NCBI GenBank assembly: GCA_963744995.1
Contig: CAVUWA010000002.1
Location: forward strand, 1,088,001 to 1,152,000
Direction: 5' to 3'
Origin: Candidatus Eiseniibacteriota bacterium
GTDB lineage: Bacteria > Eisenbacteria > RBG-16-71-46
Length of the DNA: 64,000 bases
Of the stretch, positions 48,363 through 57,867 are shown in pieces; position 1 is the first letter of the stretch; each line of letters begins with the position of its first letter. A model generated the notes under the pieces. The model was not told where the DNA came from and did not search any database. It was given only the letters and a program-made list of their open reading frames with translations. A program made the translations under genes and the position numbers.

Positions 48363-51002
48363 ATTCACCCCGGCCAACCCGACAGACTGCAGCAACCCTA
48401 CGATCCGGCCCGCATCGAGCCGGCCTGGTACGGGCGCTGGGAGGAAGCGGGGGTGCTCCGCCCGCAGCCGGGCAGCGGGCGGCCGTTCGTGATCTCGATC
48501 CCGCCGCCCAACGTGACCGGCTCGCTCACCATGGGACACCTGCTCGGCGAGTCGGTGCGCGACGTGGTGATCCGCTGGCAGCGCATGGAGGGCCGCGAAA
48601 CCCTCTACGTGCCCGGCATGGACCACGCCGGCATCGCGACCCAGAACGTGGTCGAGAAGAAGCTGCGCGCGGAAGGCCGCGACCGCCGCACGATGGGACG
48701 CGAAGCGTTCCTCGACGAAGCGTGGGCCTGGAAGGAACAGTACGGCGGCCTGATCCTCGAGCAGCTCCGCAGCTTCGGCATCACGCCGGACTGGAGCCGC
48801 GAGCGGTTCACGCTCGATCCGGCCTACTCGCACGCGGTGCTGCACGTCTTCAAGGCGCTCTACGACAAGGGACTGATCTATCGCGGGCGCTACATCGTCA
48901 ACTGGTGCCCGCACGACCAGACCGCGCTCTCCGACGAGGAAGTGGATCACCGGGAGACCGCGGGCTCGCTCTGGTTCATCCGCTATCCGATCAAGGACTC
49001 GGACAGGTCCATCACGGTCGCCACGACGCGCCCCGAGACCATGCTCGGCGACACCGGCGTCGCGGTGCACCCGGACGACCGCCGCTACGCGCACCTGGTC
49101 GGCAAGACGGCGATCCTGCCGCTCGCGCGGCGCGAAATCCCGATCGTGGCCGACACGATGGTGGATCCCAGGTTCGGCACGGGGGCGGTCAAGATCACCC
49201 CCGCGCACGATCCCAACGACTTCGAAACCGCGCAGCGCTGCGGGCTGCCGGAGCTGATCGTGCTCGACGAGCGCGGCCGCATGAACGAGAACGCCGGCGA
49301 CTTCCGCGGCCTCGACCGTTTCGAGGCGCGCAAACGCATCGTCGCGGCCCTCGAGGATGCGGGCTACATCGAGAAGACCGAGCCGCATTCGCGCCCGGTG
49401 GGCCACTGCTCGCGCTGCGACACGGTGATCGAGCCCTACCTGTCGTGGCAGTGGTTCGTGAAGATGAGGCCGCTCGCCGAGCCCGCGATCGAAGCCGCGA
49501 AGAAGGGTCGGGTGAAGTTCTACCCGGCGCGCTGGAAGAAGGTGTACCTGCACTGGCTCGAGAACATCCGCGACTGGTGCATCTCGCGGCAGCTGTGGTG
49601 GGGCCACCGGATTCCGGTCTGGTATCGCGGCGACGAGATGGTGGTGTCGCTCGAGGCGCCGGCGGGCGACGGCTGGCGCCAGGACGAGGACGTGCTCGAC
49701 ACCTGGTTCTCGTCCTGGCTGTGGCCGTTCGCGATCCTCGGCTGGCCCGAGGAAACCGAGGACCTGCAGCGCTACTATCCGAACAGCCTCATGGTCACCG
49801 CAGCGGACATCATCTTCTTCTGGGTCGCGCGCATGGTGATGGCCGGGCTCGAATTCCGGGGCGAGGTGCCGTTCCGGCACGTCTACTTTACGAGCCTCAT
49901 CCGCGACGCGCAGGGCCGCAAGATGTCGAAGTCGCTCGGCAACTCGCCCGACCCGCTGGCGATGATCGGCGCGTACGGCGCCGACGCGGTGCGCTTCACG
50001 ATGATCTACCTGACCCCGACCGGGCAGGACCTGCTGTTCGACGAGAAGCGGCTCGAGACCGGCAAGTTCTTCGCGAACAAGGTGTGGAACGCGGCGAAGC
50101 TGGTGACCATGCGCCTCGGCGACGAGGACGTGGCGGCGATCAGGGAGTCGAGCCTCACGCTCTCGCTGGCCGATCGCTGGCTGCTGTCGCGGTTCGCCAA
50201 CGCGGTGAAGGACGTGGGCCGCTACCTCAAGACCTACCGGCTCAACGAGGCGGCGAGCGCGGTGTACCAGTTCATCTGGCACGACTACTGCGACTGGTAC
50301 CTCGAGATGGCGAAGCCGCGCTGGGGCGAGGAGGCCGACCCCGACGACCGGCGCGCGGCGCGCTGGGTGTCATGGAAGGTTCTGGACGGCCTGCTGCGCC
50401 TGCTGCATCCATTCATGCCGCACGTCTCGGAGGAGATCTGGCAGGCCATTCCGCACGAGGGCGAGTTGCTCGCGCTGGCGAAGTGGCCCAAGGCGAAGAA
50501 GGCGTGGTTCGACGCCGCGGCCGAGAACGAGATCGCGTTCCTTCAGGAACTGGTCGTGGCGGTGCGCAACCTGCGCGCCGAGATGAACGTGCCGCCGGGC
50601 CGTCGCGTGACGGTGGTGCTGCGCGGTGCGGCGGCGCTGCTCGATACCGTCGAGCGCCTCGACGCCCAGATTCGCGCGCTCGCGCGCATCGAGACGCTCA
50701 CGCTCGCGCGCGACGGCAAGCGCCCTCAGGTCGCCTCCTCGGCGGTGGTGCGCGGCATCGAGGTGTTCCTGCCGCTCGAGGGCCTGATCGATCTCGACGC
50801 CGAACGCTCCCGGCTCGCGCGCGAGTCGGACAAGGTGGTGGCCGAGCTCGACGGCGTGCGCCGCAAGCTGCGCAACCAGGACTTCCTGAACAAGGCCCGC
50901 GCCGACGTGGTGGACCGCGAGAAGCAGCGCCTCGAGACGCTCGAGGCGACGATCGCGAAGCTGCAGCGCGCGCAGGAAAACCTGAAGTCGGTTTCGGCAT
51001 GA
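48363..51002 (+). CDS. valS: Valyl-tRNA synthetase (probable ATT start)
   Basis: YDPARIE..WY..WE, PPPNVTG, DHAGIATQ, ATTRPET, DWCISRQLWWGH, KMSKS, C-terminal coiled coil. Confidence 0.97.
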   Translation: MHPGQPDRLQQPYDPARIEPAWYGRWEEAGVLRPQPGSGRPFVISIPPPNVTGSLTMGHLLGESVRDVVIRWQRMEGRETLYVPGMDHAGIATQNVVEKKLRAEGRDRRTMGREAFLDEAWAWKEQYGGLILEQLRSFGITPDWSRERFTLDPAYSHAVLHVFKALYDKGLIYRGRYIVNWCPHDQTALSDEEVDHRETAGSLWFIRYPIKDSDRSITVATTRPETMLGDTGVAVHPDDRRYAHLVGKTAILPLARREIPIVADTMVDPRFGTGAVKITPAHDPNDFETAQRCGLPELIVLDERGRMNENAGDFRGLDRFEARKRIVAALEDAGYIEKTEPHSRPVGHCSRCDTVIEPYLSWQWFVKMRPLAEPAIEAAKKGRVKFYPARWKKVYLHWLENIRDWCISRQLWWGHRIPVWYRGDEMVVSLEAPAGDGWRQDEDVLDTWFSSWLWPFAILGWPEETEDLQRYYPNSLMVTAADIIFFWVARMVMAGLEFRGEVPFRHVYFTSLIRDAQGRKMSKSLGNSPDPLAMIGAYGADAVRFTMIYLTPTGQDLLFDEKRLETGKFFANKVWNAAKLVTMRLGDEDVAAIRESSLTLSLADRWLLSRFANAVKDVGRYLKTYRLNEAASAVYQFIWHDYCDWYLEMAKPRWGEEADPDDRRAARWVSWKVLDGLLRLLHPFMPHVSEEIWQAIPHEGELLALAKWPKAKKAWFDAAAENEIAFLQELVVAVRNLRAEMNVPPGRRVTVVLRGAAALLDTVERLDAQIRALARIETLTLARDGKRPQVASSAVVRGIEVFLPLEGLIDLDAERSRLARESDKVVAELDGVRRKLRNQDFLNKARADVVDREKQRLETLEATIAKLQRAQENLKSVSA

Positions 51003-51904
51003 GCACGGCCCGCGCGGCACTCGCCCTCCTGGCGCTGGCATTCGGCGCCGTCCCGGCGTTCGCCGAGGCTCCGCTGGTGCCGACCCGCGAAGGCCGGCCC
51101 CCGGTCGTCCACGACCGGCTGCACGAGCACGGCGCCACGCTGCTGCGCTTCCGCGACGGCATCCTGCATTTCGCCCTGGTGCTCGATCAGAAGCCGGCAC
51201 GGATCGAAGAGCGGCGCGTGACGCTCGCCGACGGCCGGACGATCGACTTCCACTGGAGCTCACGCTCGCTGTGGATCGCGGGGGAGAAGTTCGAGCTGCC
51301 GTTCGGCGACGTGATCCTGGTCTCGACGCGCGACTCGGTGCGTGCCCGTGCGCTGGAGTTCCGCGCCGTGCGCGGCGATCTGCTGCTCGAACAGCTCATG
51401 CACGAGCCGGAGGCCGCGGCGTGGATCGAGTCCTACGGCACCTCGGGCGCACCGCCGGTGCGCCAGGACGCGCAGGCGTCCACCGAACCGCGTCACACCA
51501 CCGAAGTCGCCGAGTGGAACTGGCGCGGGCTGCACGCGCTCACCTACCTGCTGAGCGGGCAGCCGCTGTTCGTGGTCGTGGCCGACCGCCCGGTGTACAT
51601 GGGCGGCACGCGCACCTCGTTCGGCGGGTTCGACGAGGCGGACGTCCGCATCGGCGCGGCGGCCGGCGACCGGCTGCGGGTGAACCGCCGCAGGGCGACC
51701 TTCGAGCTGCGCGCGGGCGCCGATCATCCACGCGAGCGCGAGTTCGAGCTCGACAACGGACGCGCCTTCCTCACCGCCGGCGACGCCGTGCGGCAGGTGA
51801 ACGTGCGCTTCGACCTCGGCCCCGACGTGGCCGACACGCTGATCGATCGCATCGAGGCGCTGCCGGACGTCGCGAGCCACCTCGGGCTCGCCGCGGCGCG
51901 GTAG
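50999..51904 (+). CDS. Exported hypothetical protein, possibly two tandem similar domains
   Basis: Signal peptide (AFA-E); ATGA overlap with valS. Confidence 0.7.
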   Translation: MSTARAALALLALAFGAVPAFAEAPLVPTREGRPPVVHDRLHEHGATLLRFRDGILHFALVLDQKPARIEERRVTLADGRTIDFHWSSRSLWIAGEKFELPFGDVILVSTRDSVRARALEFRAVRGDLLLEQLMHEPEAAAWIESYGTSGAPPVRQDAQASTEPRHTTEVAEWNWRGLHALTYLLSGQPLFVVVADRPVYMGGTRTSFGGFDEADVRIGAAAGDRLRVNRRRATFELRAGADHPREREFELDNGRAFLTAGDAVRQVNVRFDLGPDVADTLIDRIEALPDVASHLGLAAAR

Positions 51905-51909
51905 GCTCC

Positions 51910-52359
51910 ATGGGCGAGCGGCTGGTGCTGCGCACCGCGGGGCCGGCCGATCTCGAGTGGATCAACGCCCGCTACGCCGAGGCCGACTTCCTCCCGTCGG
52001 ATCCGTCGCACACGGTGGTGATCGCCGAACTCGGCGGCGAGCCTGCAGGGGTCGGCCGGCTGGTTCCGGCCGGCGACGGTGCGTTCGAGCTCGGCGGCAT
52101 GTTCGTACGCCCCGCGCATCGCGGCCGCGGGATCTCCACGGCGCTCGTGGCCGCACTGCTCGACGCGGCGCAGGGCGCCTGCGTCTACTGCATCCCGTAC
52201 GCACGCCTCGCGCCCCTCTATGCGCGGGCCGGCTTCGTGCCGGGCGAGGAAGGCGCGCCGCTGCCCGCGCCGATCGCGGCGAAGCTCGCCTGGTGCAAAG
52301 GGCACTACACCGAACCGGTCTGCCTCATGCAGAATGGAGTCCGGCCGGCGGCGCGGTGA
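51910..52359 (+). CDS. GNAT acetyltransferase
   Basis: MFVRPAHRGRGIS acetyl-CoA motif, LYARAGF. Confidence 0.9.
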   Translation: MGERLVLRTAGPADLEWINARYAEADFLPSDPSHTVVIAELGGEPAGVGRLVPAGDGAFELGGMFVRPAHRGRGISTALVAALLDAAQGACVYCIPYARLAPLYARAGFVPGEEGAPLPAPIAAKLAWCKGHYTEPVCLMQNGVRPAAR

Positions 52360-52600
52360 GCCCGTCGCGCCCGCCGGCGCCGCCGCCGCGTCCGCCGGCG
52401 TCACCCGTCACGCCCGTGGGGATCATGCATCGGAGCGCGTTCCTCGGAGCCATGCGACGCTCGACCGCGCGCGTCGTCGCGCGTACGGGGGAGCCGCTCC
52501 GGGTCCGCGGCGATGCGTGCCGGGCATCCGCGGCCCGCGCCGGCCGGCCATGCGACCGCGATGGCCGGACCGTCGCGGGAACGGCCGTGGCGGCACGCCG

Positions 52601-54460
52601 GTGAGCGGCGCCGCGGCGTCCCGCGCGGTGCGCCTCGCCGCCATCGTCGTCGTCCTGCTCACCGCGCTCGTGGCGGTGCGGGTGTGCGGCGCCATGTGGC
52701 GCGAAGCCGTGCGCGACCACGGTTTCCAGATGTACGACAACAACGAGAACGCGCTCGACGGGGTGCGCATGGCGGACGACCTGCACGCCGGCCGCTTCGG
52801 CGACTTCCTGCGTGAGGTCGGGGCGCGCACGGTCTGGCCGCCGCTGCTGCCGCTGCTCGAGACGCCCGGATTCATGATGTTCGGCCCGGACTACGACACC
52901 GCCGAGCGGCAGATGGTGGTCTTCGGCTTCCTCGTGCTGCTCGCCGCGGCCGCGGCGGGCCTCGCGCTCGGCGGCACGCGCGGCGTGCTGGTCGCCGGCC
53001 TGCTCACGGCTCTGATCGCCTCGAGCCCGTTCTACGCGAGTTTCATGGTCGAGATCATGAGCGAGGGTCCGGCGAGCCTGTTCTGGCTGGGGTCGATGGC
53101 GTTCTACGTGCGCTGGGTTCGGACGGGACGCCGCGGCGATCTCGCCGGCTGCTGCCTGCTCGGCTTCGGACTGTTCATGCTCAAGTTCAACTATGGGGCG
53201 CTGTGGGCGGCGCCGATCGTGCTCCACGAGCTGTGGCGTGCCGGCGTGCGGCCCGCGACGCTCGCCGCGCGCTGGCGCACGCGGCCGAAGATCGCGCCGC
53301 TCTGGTGGATCTACGCATGCCTGGTGTCGGCGGCGGCGGTGTTTCTCGCCGCGCGCCTGCTGGACCGCGGCTGGGGCGCGTCCGGTTTCTCGCATGCGGT
53401 GGCCCGGGCGCGCATCCACGGCCTCGCGCTGCCCACGCTGGGCGTGATGGTGCTGGCGGCGCTGCCGTTCGCACTGCACCCGCGGGCGACGCGGCGCGCA
53501 CTGGGTGCGGCCTGGCGGGCCGCCGGTCCGTTCGGGCGCACGCTGTTCGCCCTCGTGATCGTGCCGACCACGGTCTGGTTCGCGGTGCCCGCGCACGCGA
53601 AGGGCCTGCTCCACTTCCTCGCCGGCCGCGTCCCGACGATTCCGGTCTGGAGCATCGAGGGATTCCTGTATTATCCGCGGCTCTTCGTCACCCAGTACGC
53701 GCCGACCGTCTGGATCGGCGTCGTGACGCTGCTGCTGGCGTTCGGGTCCGTGGCCCTGCTGTCGCGGCTCAGGCCCGCGGAACGCGTGCTGCCGGTGGCG
53801 CTCGCGATTCAATTCACCCTGGTCACGCTGCACCCGGTCAAGGGTGACCGCTACTTCTACACGATCGCGTTCGTGGTGTGGATCTGCGCGGCGCTGACTC
53901 TGGCCGCGCTGACGGAGGCGGCGGCACGCGCCGTGCGGCGGCCGGGCGTCGCGCCGCTGATCGCACCGCTGGCGCTCGCCGCGGTGCTGTGGAGCGGGGT
54001 GGACCTGCCGCGCGTCCGGGCCCAGCTCGCCATCGTGCACGTACCGGCGAGCGTCGGCCGGGTGCTCGACGCGGTGACGGACATCGAGGTCGCCGCGCGC
54101 GGCACGGTCCTGTTCGGGACTTGGAACCGTCTCGCCCCGCCGCTGGTGCAGTGGCACCAGCGCCAGCGCCATCCGCACAGCCGCGCGCCACGCGCGGAGA
54201 ATCCAACCTGGTTCGACACCGACCGACCCGGCCCGCTGCTCGACCGGATCGCCGCCGACCCCGGCGTCGACACGGTGATCGCGCTGGAGCTGCGCCCGGG
54301 GTATCCGGAGTACTCGACGAACTTCGATCTCGAGAATGCCTGGCAGAAGCCGGCGCTGGCGCGGCTGGCCGCCGACCCGCGCTTCGAGCGCGAGCAACTC
54401 GAGCGGTTCGACGATTCCGGCTACGTGATGACGGTCTACCGCAAGCGCGCCGTGCGCTGA
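52601..54460 (+). CDS. Polytopic membrane protein, GT-C (ArnT/PMT-like)
   Basis: TM then YD motif, WPPL, MSE, KFNYG, KGDRYF; many TMs; start uncertain. Confidence 0.65.
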   Translation: MSGAAASRAVRLAAIVVVLLTALVAVRVCGAMWREAVRDHGFQMYDNNENALDGVRMADDLHAGRFGDFLREVGARTVWPPLLPLLETPGFMMFGPDYDTAERQMVVFGFLVLLAAAAAGLALGGTRGVLVAGLLTALIASSPFYASFMVEIMSEGPASLFWLGSMAFYVRWVRTGRRGDLAGCCLLGFGLFMLKFNYGALWAAPIVLHELWRAGVRPATLAARWRTRPKIAPLWWIYACLVSAAAVFLAARLLDRGWGASGFSHAVARARIHGLALPTLGVMVLAALPFALHPRATRRALGAAWRAAGPFGRTLFALVIVPTTVWFAVPAHAKGLLHFLAGRVPTIPVWSIEGFLYYPRLFVTQYAPTVWIGVVTLLLAFGSVALLSRLRPAERVLPVALAIQFTLVTLHPVKGDRYFYTIAFVVWICAALTLAALTEAAARAVRRPGVAPLIAPLALAAVLWSGVDLPRVRAQLAIVHVPASVGRVLDAVTDIEVAARGTVLFGTWNRLAPPLVQWHQRQRHPHSRAPRAENPTWFDTDRPGPLLDRIAADPGVDTVIALELRPGYPEYSTNFDLENAWQKPALARLAADPRFEREQLERFDDSGYVMTVYRKRAVR

Positions 54461-54704
54461 CCCGGCGGGCGCGGGACCGGCGCGCCCCTCGGGCGGCCGC
54501 GGGGTGCTCCGGCCGCCTCGATGCGCATCTCGACGGCACCGCACGCGCCTGCACGGGGCAGAGCCGGCGGCGCCCGGGGCATCGCGGGGCCGCGTCGGGC
54601 TCGACGATCGGGACGACGGTCCACTACACTGCGGCGGCATCCGGTTCCGGCGCCGGCATCGTGGCGCCGCCGCCGGCGGCGGGACTCAAGGAGGAGGAGG
54701 CGGG

Positions 54705-55667
54705 ATGCACGCAGACCAGCCGGCCGCGCGAATCGCGGTGCTGCTTCCCTGCTACAACGAGGCGCCGACCATCGCCAAAGTGGTCCGCGATTTCCGCGCC
54801 GCCCTGCCCGAAGCCGCGATCTACGTCTACGACAACAACAGCACCGACGACACGGCCCGCATCGCGCGCGAGGCGGGCGCACAGGTGCGCTTCGAGAAAC
54901 GGCAGGGCAAGGGCTACGTGATCGCCACGATGCTCGCCGAGGTCGAGGCCGACTACTACCTCATGGCCGACGGCGACGACACCTACCCGGCGGACAGCGC
55001 CCGCGACCTGCTGCGACCGGTGTTCGAGGGCCGTGCCGACATGGTGGTCGGCCAGCGCCTCGCCACCTACGAGGACGCATCCTTCCGCCCGCTGCACCTC
55101 TGGGGCAACCGGCTGGTGCGCGACCTGATCAACCTGATCTTCAGCGCGAAGCTCAAGGACATCCTGTCCGGATACCGCGCCTTCACCCGCGAGGTGGCGC
55201 TGCAGCTCCCGGTGGTCGCGTCCGGCTTCGACGTCGAGACCGAGATGACGCTGCAGCTGCTGTTCCGGCGCATGGTGATCCACGAGATCCCGATCGCCTA
55301 CGGCGTACGTCCCGCAGGCAGCGTCTCGAAACTGCGCACTTACAGCGACGGCCTGCGGGTGCTCATGAAGATCCTCGGGATCTTCAAGGCCTACAAGCCC
55401 ATGACCTTCTTCGGCGGGCTCGGCCTGATCTCCCTCGCCGTCGGGCTCGCCTGTGGCGGCGTCGTGCTGCGCGAGGTCCTGACCACCGGACACATCGACA
55501 GCGTCCCGCTGGCGATGCTGTCGGCGAGCACCGTGGTCCTGAGCTTTCTGCTGGCCTCGGTCGGCGTGACCCTGCACACGCTCAATTTCCGCATGCTCGA
55601 GATGACCCACGTGCTCTCGAAGCAGATCGGCGCGGCACGCCGCCCCGGCGCTCGCGGCGGCCCGTGA
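54705..55667 (+). CDS. GT2 polyprenol-phosphate glycosyltransferase
   Basis: LPCYNE, DNNSTD, DGD, DILSGYRAF, FDVETE; two C-terminal TMs. Confidence 0.93.
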   Translation: MHADQPAARIAVLLPCYNEAPTIAKVVRDFRAALPEAAIYVYDNNSTDDTARIAREAGAQVRFEKRQGKGYVIATMLAEVEADYYLMADGDDTYPADSARDLLRPVFEGRADMVVGQRLATYEDASFRPLHLWGNRLVRDLINLIFSAKLKDILSGYRAFTREVALQLPVVASGFDVETEMTLQLLFRRMVIHEIPIAYGVRPAGSVSKLRTYSDGLRVLMKILGIFKAYKPMTFFGGLGLISLAVGLACGGVVLREVLTTGHIDSVPLAMLSASTVVLSFLLASVGVTLHTLNFRMLEMTHVLSKQIGAARRPGARGGP

Positions 55668-57202
55668 GCGACGCCGTGCCGGTGAGCGATCCTGCGCCCC
55701 TGAGTGCCGGGCGTGCCCGAGCGCTGTTCGTCGTGCTGTTCGCCGTCGCCGCGATGTCGCAGTGCATGCAGATCGGCGAGGCGTTCGTCGGCAAGCACGA
55801 GGGCTGGAATGCCGCCGTCTACGGCGTGGCGGCGCGCAATCACCTGACCTACGGTCTCGCCGCGACGCGGCTCGGCGTCGTGATCAACGGCGACACCGTG
55901 CCCCCGGCGGGCTTCCTCTACTACACCAATCATCCGCCGCTCCTGCCGCTGATGGTCGCGGCTTCGTTCGCGGTGTTCGGTCCGCACGAATGGGCCGCGC
56001 GGCTGGTGCCGATCCTGTTCACGCTGGTGAGCCTGATTCTGCTCTGGCGCATCGCGGCCCGGCTCGGAGACGAACGCTTCGCGCTGCTCGCCGCGACGAT
56101 CTTCGCGTTCGTGCCGATGAACGCCTTCTACGGCCGCATGGTGGACCATGAGGCGCCGACGCTGACGTTCGTGCTCGCCGCCCTGTACGCCTGGCTGCGC
56201 TGGCGCGAGGCGCCGGCGTCGCGCTGGTTCGGATGGACGCTGCTGTGGCTGGCCCTGGCGATGGCCACCGGCTGGCCGGGTTACTACATGGCGGGCCTGC
56301 TGCCGATCCATCACCTGCTCACCGCGCGCGGCGCGCGGCGCGACCGGCGCGTGCTCTGGCTCCCCGTGCTCGCCCTGGCTTCGTTCGGCGTGTTCCTGCT
56401 GCACGTGGCGTGGCTGCGTGGCGGCGGCGGGCTCGAGGAGCTGGTGAGCCAGTTCGCGACCCGCACCAGCGCCCGCGCCGGGGATTTCACCGGCGCTGCG
56501 GCCGGTCGTTTCTCGTGGCCCTCTTTCGCGCGGGTCTGGGCGGTCCGCGCCTACAAGCTGTTCACGCTGCCGGTGCTGCTGGTCGCGCTGTTCGAGCTCT
56601 GGGACGCGGCGCGGCGGCGCCGCGCCGCGGCGGGCCGCGCCCGCGGCATCGCGCTGCTGCTGCTCGCCTTCGGCGCGATCCACATGCTGCTGTTCCGGCA
56701 GGGCGCATGGGTGCACGACTACTGGGGCTTCTATCTGAGCGCGCCGCTTGCGCTGCTCGCCGCCGGCGGCGTGCTCGGTCTTTCCCGCGGACGCACCGCG
56801 CCGCGCGTGATCACCCTGTTCCTGCTGCTGTTCGTCCTCGCCGCGGCGCCGCGGGTGCGGGCGCTGTACGCGGCGGACGACGACCGCGTGATGGCGTTCA
56901 GCCGGATCGTGGCGGCCCACGCGCGGCACGGTGAGCTGGTGAGCACCAACGAAGGCTTCGTCAAGCCGCAGGTCGCCTGGTACGCGCAGCGCGACCCGAT
57001 CGAGACTCCGCTGTGGACGCCGGCGGCGCTGGCGGATACGCTGCGCAGCCGCGCCCCGCGGCCGGTTGCGTTCTTCCTGCTCGAAGGCGAGCCCGAGTCG
57101 GCGGCGCTCGACGGGTGGCTGTCGCCACGCTATCCGTTCGAGACGGATTCGATCGCCGGGCGGACGTATCGGATCTTCCACGTCTCCAGCGACAGACGTT
57201 GA
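55664..57202 (+). CDS. GT-C (ArnT/PMT family) glycosyltransferase
   Basis: YTNHPPL, FGPHEWAARL, many TMs; GTGA overlap with GT2. Confidence 0.85.
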   Translation: MSDAVPVSDPAPLSAGRARALFVVLFAVAAMSQCMQIGEAFVGKHEGWNAAVYGVAARNHLTYGLAATRLGVVINGDTVPPAGFLYYTNHPPLLPLMVAASFAVFGPHEWAARLVPILFTLVSLILLWRIAARLGDERFALLAATIFAFVPMNAFYGRMVDHEAPTLTFVLAALYAWLRWREAPASRWFGWTLLWLALAMATGWPGYYMAGLLPIHHLLTARGARRDRRVLWLPVLALASFGVFLLHVAWLRGGGGLEELVSQFATRTSARAGDFTGAAAGRFSWPSFARVWAVRAYKLFTLPVLLVALFELWDAARRRRAAAGRARGIALLLLAFGAIHMLLFRQGAWVHDYWGFYLSAPLALLAAGGVLGLSRGRTAPRVITLFLLLFVLAAAPRVRALYAADDDRVMAFSRIVAAHARHGELVSTNEGFVKPQVAWYAQRDPIETPLWTPAALADTLRSRAPRPVAFFLLEGEPESAALDGWLSPRYPFETDSIAGRTYRIFHVSSDRR

Positions 57203-57250
57203 GCGTTCACCGGCCACCATCCGGCGGCCGTCACCTTTCGAGGAGGCTTC

Positions 57251-57778
57251 ATGAAGAACCTGACCATCGCCTGCGCCTGTCTGCTGTGCCTCGCCGCGGC
57301 ATCGCCAGCGCGCGCGGCCGAAGCGAAGGCGTTCAATCTGGCCCTGTTCAACCCGGTGCAGATCTACGACGAGACCACGCCGGTCAACGGCGTGCGTCTG
57401 AACCTGATCTACGGCAAGAACGCCGACTTCTCGGGGCTCGACGTCGGCATCGTCAACGAGGTCGACGGGGAGTTCACCGGCCTCCAGTACGGCATCGTCG
57501 GGATCGTGCGCGGGGAGTTCCTGGGCTGGCAGGACAACGGCATCGCCAACTACGTGGACGGCGAGGCGCGCGGGCTGCAGTGGGGCGTGTTCAACTACGC
57601 CGGGACGATGATCGGCGTGCAGGCGGGGCTCGTGAACGTGAGCCACGACATGCACGGCGTCGCGCTCGCGCTGGTGAACAGCACCGAAAACCTGCGCGGC
57701 CTGCAGATCGGGCTCGTCAACATCGCGAGCAAGCTCAAGGGCCACCCGATCCTGCCGATCGTGAACTTCTCGTTCTGA
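57251..57778 (+). CDS. Exported beta-repeat protein (LA_2272-like)
   Basis: Signal peptide; repeated G(L/V)Q-x-G-(I/L)-V-N units; C-terminal PIVNFSF. Confidence 0.8.
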   Translation: MKNLTIACACLLCLAAASPARAAEAKAFNLALFNPVQIYDETTPVNGVRLNLIYGKNADFSGLDVGIVNEVDGEFTGLQYGIVGIVRGEFLGWQDNGIANYVDGEARGLQWGVFNYAGTMIGVQAGLVNVSHDMHGVALALVNSTENLRGLQIGLVNIASKLKGHPILPIVNFSF

Positions 57779-57867
57779 ACGTGCGTGCGCGGGGGGCGTC
57801 GCAGCGGGCGTCGTCCCCCGCGCCGCAGCGGCCGGCACCGCGTGGGCGCGGATACCGCGGCCCGGCT

